Positions 61,401 through 64,000 of a stretch of 64,000 nt of DNA are shown piece after piece. The position numbers and the translations under genes were made by a program. Positions within the stretch are counted from its first letter, which is position 1, and each line of letters starts with the position of its first letter. The notes beneath the pieces were generated by a model. That model was not told the origin of the DNA. It saw only the letters and a program-made list of their open reading frames with translations, and did no database searches. This stretch comes from Alphaproteobacteria bacterium (GTDB lineage: Bacteria > Pseudomonadota > Alphaproteobacteria > CAAHEQ01 > UBA3637): NCBI GenBank assembly GCA_045118155.1, contig JBGUXS010000078.1, positions 443 through 64,442 on the forward strand, in the 5' to 3' direction.

Positions 61401-61833
61401 AAAAGGGAAAAAATTTGCTTTTGTTTCTTTAGCCGATAAAAGCGGACTATTAGATATTGGTTGTTTCGCAGAAAGTTATGAACTGTACAAAGATTTATTA
61501 AAATCTGGAAAACCCGTTTTACTAACAATAACCGCGGATTACAATAAAGAAGGGAACGCTATTCGTTCTTCTGTTCAAAAGGTAGAATATTTAGAAGATG
61601 CTGTTTCTAAAACACATTCTGTTCTACTTATTCATTTGAATCAATCACAGGCTTTACCGGAAATAAAAAAAGTACTTTCCACTTTGGCACCTGGAAACAA
61701 TGGGGTCTATTTTTTACTAGAAACACCTCTTGCCGATGTAGAAATCGGCCTTAAAGAAAAATACGCCATCCACACGGACACAATTGAAATTTTAAAGCGT
61801 ATTCCCGGGATTTCAGAAATTCAAGCCGTCTAA
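58429..61833 (+). CDS. dnaE: DNA polymerase III alpha subunit
   Basis: 1134 aa. PHP domain HLHVHTAYSLLEGA, the polymerase core and an OB fold. Confidence 0.95.
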   Translation: MISPPFIHLHVHTAYSLLEGAIKVEHLVEKTVQDGLPAVAMTDKGNVFGAMALAHSATDSGIQPILGCELLIRLDDPTRKFGEPQFKKLVVLVKNEEGYTSIRHLFRTYYMGPGKEEVPHLTLDEFISQPQGLIVLTGGPDGLINTCLLNKWDEQAKSILKTLQNAFPNRLYIELQRHGTEEEIKTEPLLLQLALDFNLPIVATNEPFFEDAAMYEAHDAYLCIADKTYVVEQNRRRVTPEHYLKTATQMTELFSDLPEALENTVKIAQQCYFMATKKKPAFPIFDCGEYTEDDLLDKNAHEGLKLRVGHLPPEEQKVYFDRLEYELGIIKKMGFSGYFLIVADFINWSKNNGVPVGPGRGSGAGSVVAWSIKITGINPLRFHLLFERFLNPERVSMPDFDVDFCQENREKTIEYVQKKYGFDHVAQIITFGKLQAKAVIRDVGRVLQVPHPVVDRLAKLVPNTLNITLKEALEVEPELQKQADADEMIAHLLKIALQLEGLYRNTSTHAAGVVIGDKPLEEIIPIYKDPSSDMPVTQYNMKYVEDASLIKFDFLGLKTLTTIAKTMGLLGDKGNFNIQDLPLDDPETYKLFKAATTVGVFQLESAGMRQILRDMQPDTIEDIIALISLFRPGPMDNIPTYIARKKGLEEPDYMHPMLESILKETYGIMVYQEQVMQISQKMAGYTLGGADLLRRAMGKKKKEEMAKQRDIFIEGAKKNGVTKETAETVFDKMAKFAEYGFNKSHAAAYAYISYQTAYLKAHYPAEFMAATMTLDKTNTDKLAVFKADITKFGVEVVSPDINLSEVDFSVKDGKIIYALSAIKNVGEAGMAQIVEERKKNGPFKSLQDLFSRVDASAFNRRYLEQMIKAGVFDSLHNNRAQLFNNIDKMLAYATGTTEQRNSSQISLFGEQTLAELKLDPATSWPMLEQLEYEKEAFGFYLSHHPLDMYEGVFERLRIVPSTDIESMVQNVGAICVNVAGIVAGFRERINQKGKKFAFVSLADKSGLLDIGCFAESYELYKDLLKSGKPVLLTITADYNKEGNAIRSSVQKVEYLEDAVSKTHSVLLIHLNQSQALPEIKKVLSTLAPGNNGVYFLLETPLADVEIGLKEKYAIHTDTIEILKRIPGISEIQAV

Positions 61834-62048
61834 AATTTTTCAATATCTTCCGGCAAAATTGACATATTCCAATCATAGGAAATTTCCCCTTCGTCGTCAT
61901 TTTTATAAATGACCCCTAGGAATTCTTTTCCTACAAACACCTCACTGGGGGAATCTTTTCCTTCTCCTTCTGTAACACGAATTTCAGGATTCCAAAACAG
62001 TTGTTGCAAATACGTTTGGACTTTTTCCATTTCTTGTGCAGTCATCAT
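61830..62048 (-). CDS. Small conserved hypothetical protein (DUF3126-like)
   Basis: About 72 aa from MMTAQEMEKVQTYLQQLF... It is convergent with dnaE, overlapping it by 4 nt. The ORF is open to 62108. Confidence 0.45.
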   Translation of the reverse strand: MMTAQEMEKVQTYLQQLFWNPEIRVTEGEGKDSPSEVFVGKEFLGVIYKNDDEGEISYDWNMSILPEDIEKF

Positions 62049-62075
62049 GTTTTTTTCCTTTCTATTTAAGGGCAT

Positions 62076-63050
62076 TTGTATCATAATAGAAGAATGATAA
62101 AAAAGCAAGTTTTTCGTGATAAAAATCCAAATCTAATTTCCATTGCTCCAATGTTAGATTATACGGATACTTTTTTCCGCCTTTTTTTTAGGCATATTTG
62201 TGTTCATGCTATGCTTTATACAGAAATGCTTCCCATCGGGGCGGTTTTACATCAACCACAAACTTTTTTAAAAGCCCAACGCACCCCTGGCCCATTAACG
62301 GCACAACTAGGGGGAAATAATCCGGGGGAACTTGCAGAATGTGCCTACCGGCTAGAACAAGCGGGTTTTGATGGGGTCAATTTAAATGCAGGTTGTCCAT
62401 CTGAACGGGTACAAGCAGGGTCTTTTGGGGCATCGTTAATGAAAACCCCAGAAGTTATTGCTGATTGTTATCAAGCCATGGCGTCCAAAGTTAAGATCCC
62501 TGTATCTATTAAAACCCGTCTAGGATTCGTTGGGGAAGATTTAGCAGAAAAAACCCAAAATCTAACCAAAATTTTATATCAGGCAGGGTGTCGACACCTG
62601 ATTTTTCACGCTAGACCCGCCGCTTTAAACAAATCCCCGAAAGAAAATCGGCAAAATTTACCCTTGCATTATGAAATTGTGTATAAAATCAAGGCAAAAT
62701 ATCCAGATTTATCTATCACGTTAAACGGCTCTATTTTATCAGACGAGGCCATTCATACTCATTTACAGCATGTGGACGGCGTTATGATTGGCCGGTGGGC
62801 TTATGGGAATCCATATGCTTTAACAAGAATAGATAAGGATTATTTTGGGGATGATCATCCCATTTTAAAACGAACAGAAATTTTAGAAAAAATGATACCT
62901 ATTCTTGAAAAAGCCCCTGCTTTTTTAGAAGCCGCCAAAAGTATGATGGGATTGTTTCACGGGACACCATATGCAAAAAAATACAAAAATGTTCTCATGG
63001 CACGGGATTTAGGCCTTTTAAAAGAATGGCTTACCACCATAAAAGAATGA
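62076..63050 (+). CDS. dusA: tRNA-dihydrouridine synthase A
   Basis: ISIAPMLDYTD N-terminal motif and a TIM-barrel FMN-binding core. Confidence 0.8.
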   Translation: MYHNRRMIKKQVFRDKNPNLISIAPMLDYTDTFFRLFFRHICVHAMLYTEMLPIGAVLHQPQTFLKAQRTPGPLTAQLGGNNPGELAECAYRLEQAGFDGVNLNAGCPSERVQAGSFGASLMKTPEVIADCYQAMASKVKIPVSIKTRLGFVGEDLAEKTQNLTKILYQAGCRHLIFHARPAALNKSPKENRQNLPLHYEIVYKIKAKYPDLSITLNGSILSDEAIHTHLQHVDGVMIGRWAYGNPYALTRIDKDYFGDDHPILKRTEILEKMIPILEKAPAFLEAAKSMMGLFHGTPYAKKYKNVLMARDLGLLKEWLTTIKE

Positions 63051-63388
63051 AACATCAACTTTCCGCGATTATAGGAAAAATATTGCGCAAAAAGGGGATA
63101 TCCTCGCATAAATCATCGCTCACCCTATCCATAAAAAATGCCCTATTTTGGGGCTTTTCTAAGCTAAAGGTGGCTGGATTAGGGATCAACGAATGACGGA
63201 ACGGATAGTTGGTGAGAACAAGCTGCTAAGCACAGTTTGAACCTTACGACGTGAGGAGGACCCGTTTACGGGAGTACCCAACCGAATCCGTCCACTTACC
63301 ACTTAGCAACACCCCAATATGCGGTCTTCGTATAACACAAATTTTATAAATCACAAGAAAAATATAAGAAGAATAGGCCATATTGCAC

Positions 63389-63414
63389 TTGACTTTTTAA
63401 AATGAAAATATACT
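63389..63414 (+). promoter_or_regulatory. Possible promoter for the 63443 ORF: TTGACT, short 14-nt spacer, TATACT
   Basis: Reads CACTTGACTTTTTAAAATGAAAATATACT. The spacer is short, so this is weak. Confidence 0.35.
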
Positions 63415-63442
63415 CTGTTATCAAAGAACAAAGGACATTTAT

Positions 63443-63808
63443 ATGTCACAGGAACGCATACCCAAAGACAAGGTAGAAATTATTACCTTAAGGCGTTTCT
63501 CTCACAGATTATTTTGCTTACCTTACACCGAAAAACAAAAAATAAAAGAACAAGTTTTACACATGTCTTCGGCACTTAAACTGGCTCTACTCGCTAAAAA
63601 CTGTTTAACCTTAGAAAAAAATCTTAACCCCTTAGAAAGCTATACCATCACTCCAGAACAATTTAAAAAAAATTTTTATACGCCGGCGCGTCTACTGTTT
63701 GATCACCCTGAATATCAGGCCCTTTTTATTTCTTTTCTTTTTACAGATCATTTGGTCACTAAACAAAAAGCATTTCCTAAAAAAGAAAAACTGCTTTCTG
63801 CTTGCTAA
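63443..63808 (+). CDS. Hypothetical 121-aa protein
   Basis: ORF with a plausible upstream promoter. No recognisable domain. Confidence 0.35.
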   Translation: MSQERIPKDKVEIITLRRFSHRLFCLPYTEKQKIKEQVLHMSSALKLALLAKNCLTLEKNLNPLESYTITPEQFKKNFYTPARLLFDHPEYQALFISFLFTDHLVTKQKAFPKKEKLLSAC

Positions 63809-63849
63809 ATAACAAAAATATTTTATTTTATAGTTAGGAGGATTTTTCT

Positions 63850-64000
63850 ATGATACAAATGCAACCACTTTCTTTTGAATTAAACGATTTGGAACCGATT
63901 ATTAGTGCCAAAACAATTGATTTTCATTACAATAAGCATTATGCCACCTATGTACAAACAGCGAATGATTTGTGTGCCAAGACACCCCTTGCTGACTTAC
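63850..64000 (+). CDS. sodB: Fe/Mn superoxide dismutase, 3' end truncated by the window edge
   Basis: N-terminus MIQMQPLSFELNDLEPIISAKTIDFHYNKHYATYV carries the SOD signature. It is preceded by an AGGAGG Shine-Dalgarno. Confidence 0.85.
   Translation, partial: MIQMQPLSFELNDLEPIISAKTIDFHYNKHYATYVQTANDLCAKTPLADL

Noticed and set aside
63181-63330. tmRNA, SRP RNA, RNase P or 6S RNA
   Set aside because: I saw no tRNA-like T-arm (GGTTCGANTCC), no SRP domain IV GGAAGCAGCC-type motif, no RNase P P4 motifs and no plausible tag-peptide frame ending in a stop. I kept the stretch only as an unexplained non-coding region, with no RNA gene call.

Overview
This 64 kb window looks like a compact, AT-rich chromosomal segment, roughly 38-40% GC by eye, from an alphaproteobacterium. 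I infer a host-associated Rickettsiales- or Holosporales-like organism, because type IV secretion genes (an orphan virD4, and virB3-virB4) sit scattered among housekeeping genes. That lineage call is inference only.

Gene density is high on both strands, and many neighbouring genes overlap by 1-14 nt. Most of the window is core functions:
- Start of window: lgt (5'-truncated by the window edge), pgeF and rbfA.
- Ribosome and RNA metabolism: rplM-rpsI, truB-rpsO-pnp and birA.
- One tRNA-Ser(GGA).
- A tripartite RND efflux operon with an adjacent EamA transporter, then rne and amiC.
- rsmE, an anaerobic class III ribonucleotide reductase nrdD, and radC.
- The envelope cluster cdsA-rseP-bamA-skp-lpxD-fabZ-lpxA.
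- The elongasome operon mreBCD-mrdA-rodA.
- gatCAB, acpS, rpoZ, rpmG, dnaE, dusA and the start of sodB.

I found no rRNA, no CRISPR array and no recognisable IS or transposon.

The regions most worth a second look are:
1. nrdD is split exactly at an A8 homopolymer, which leaves the glycyl-radical domain as a separate, translationally coupled 62-aa ORF.
2. An orphan virD4 operon carries three uncharacterised genes, including a SUKH/SMI1-KNR4-like immunity-type protein.
3. A 603-aa protein has a textbook type IV prepilin N-terminus. It is driven by a perfect-consensus promoter and sits next to a small outer-membrane beta-barrel gene.
4. A single polypeptide fuses an RsbW-like kinase, a receiver domain and a PP2C phosphatase. 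It lies beside two tandem degenerate EAL-like genes.
5. A TPR plus SAM-methyltransferase gene is appended to the rodA operon.
6. A recurring extended promoter signature, A-tract plus CTTGACTTTTAA, appears upstream of several operons.
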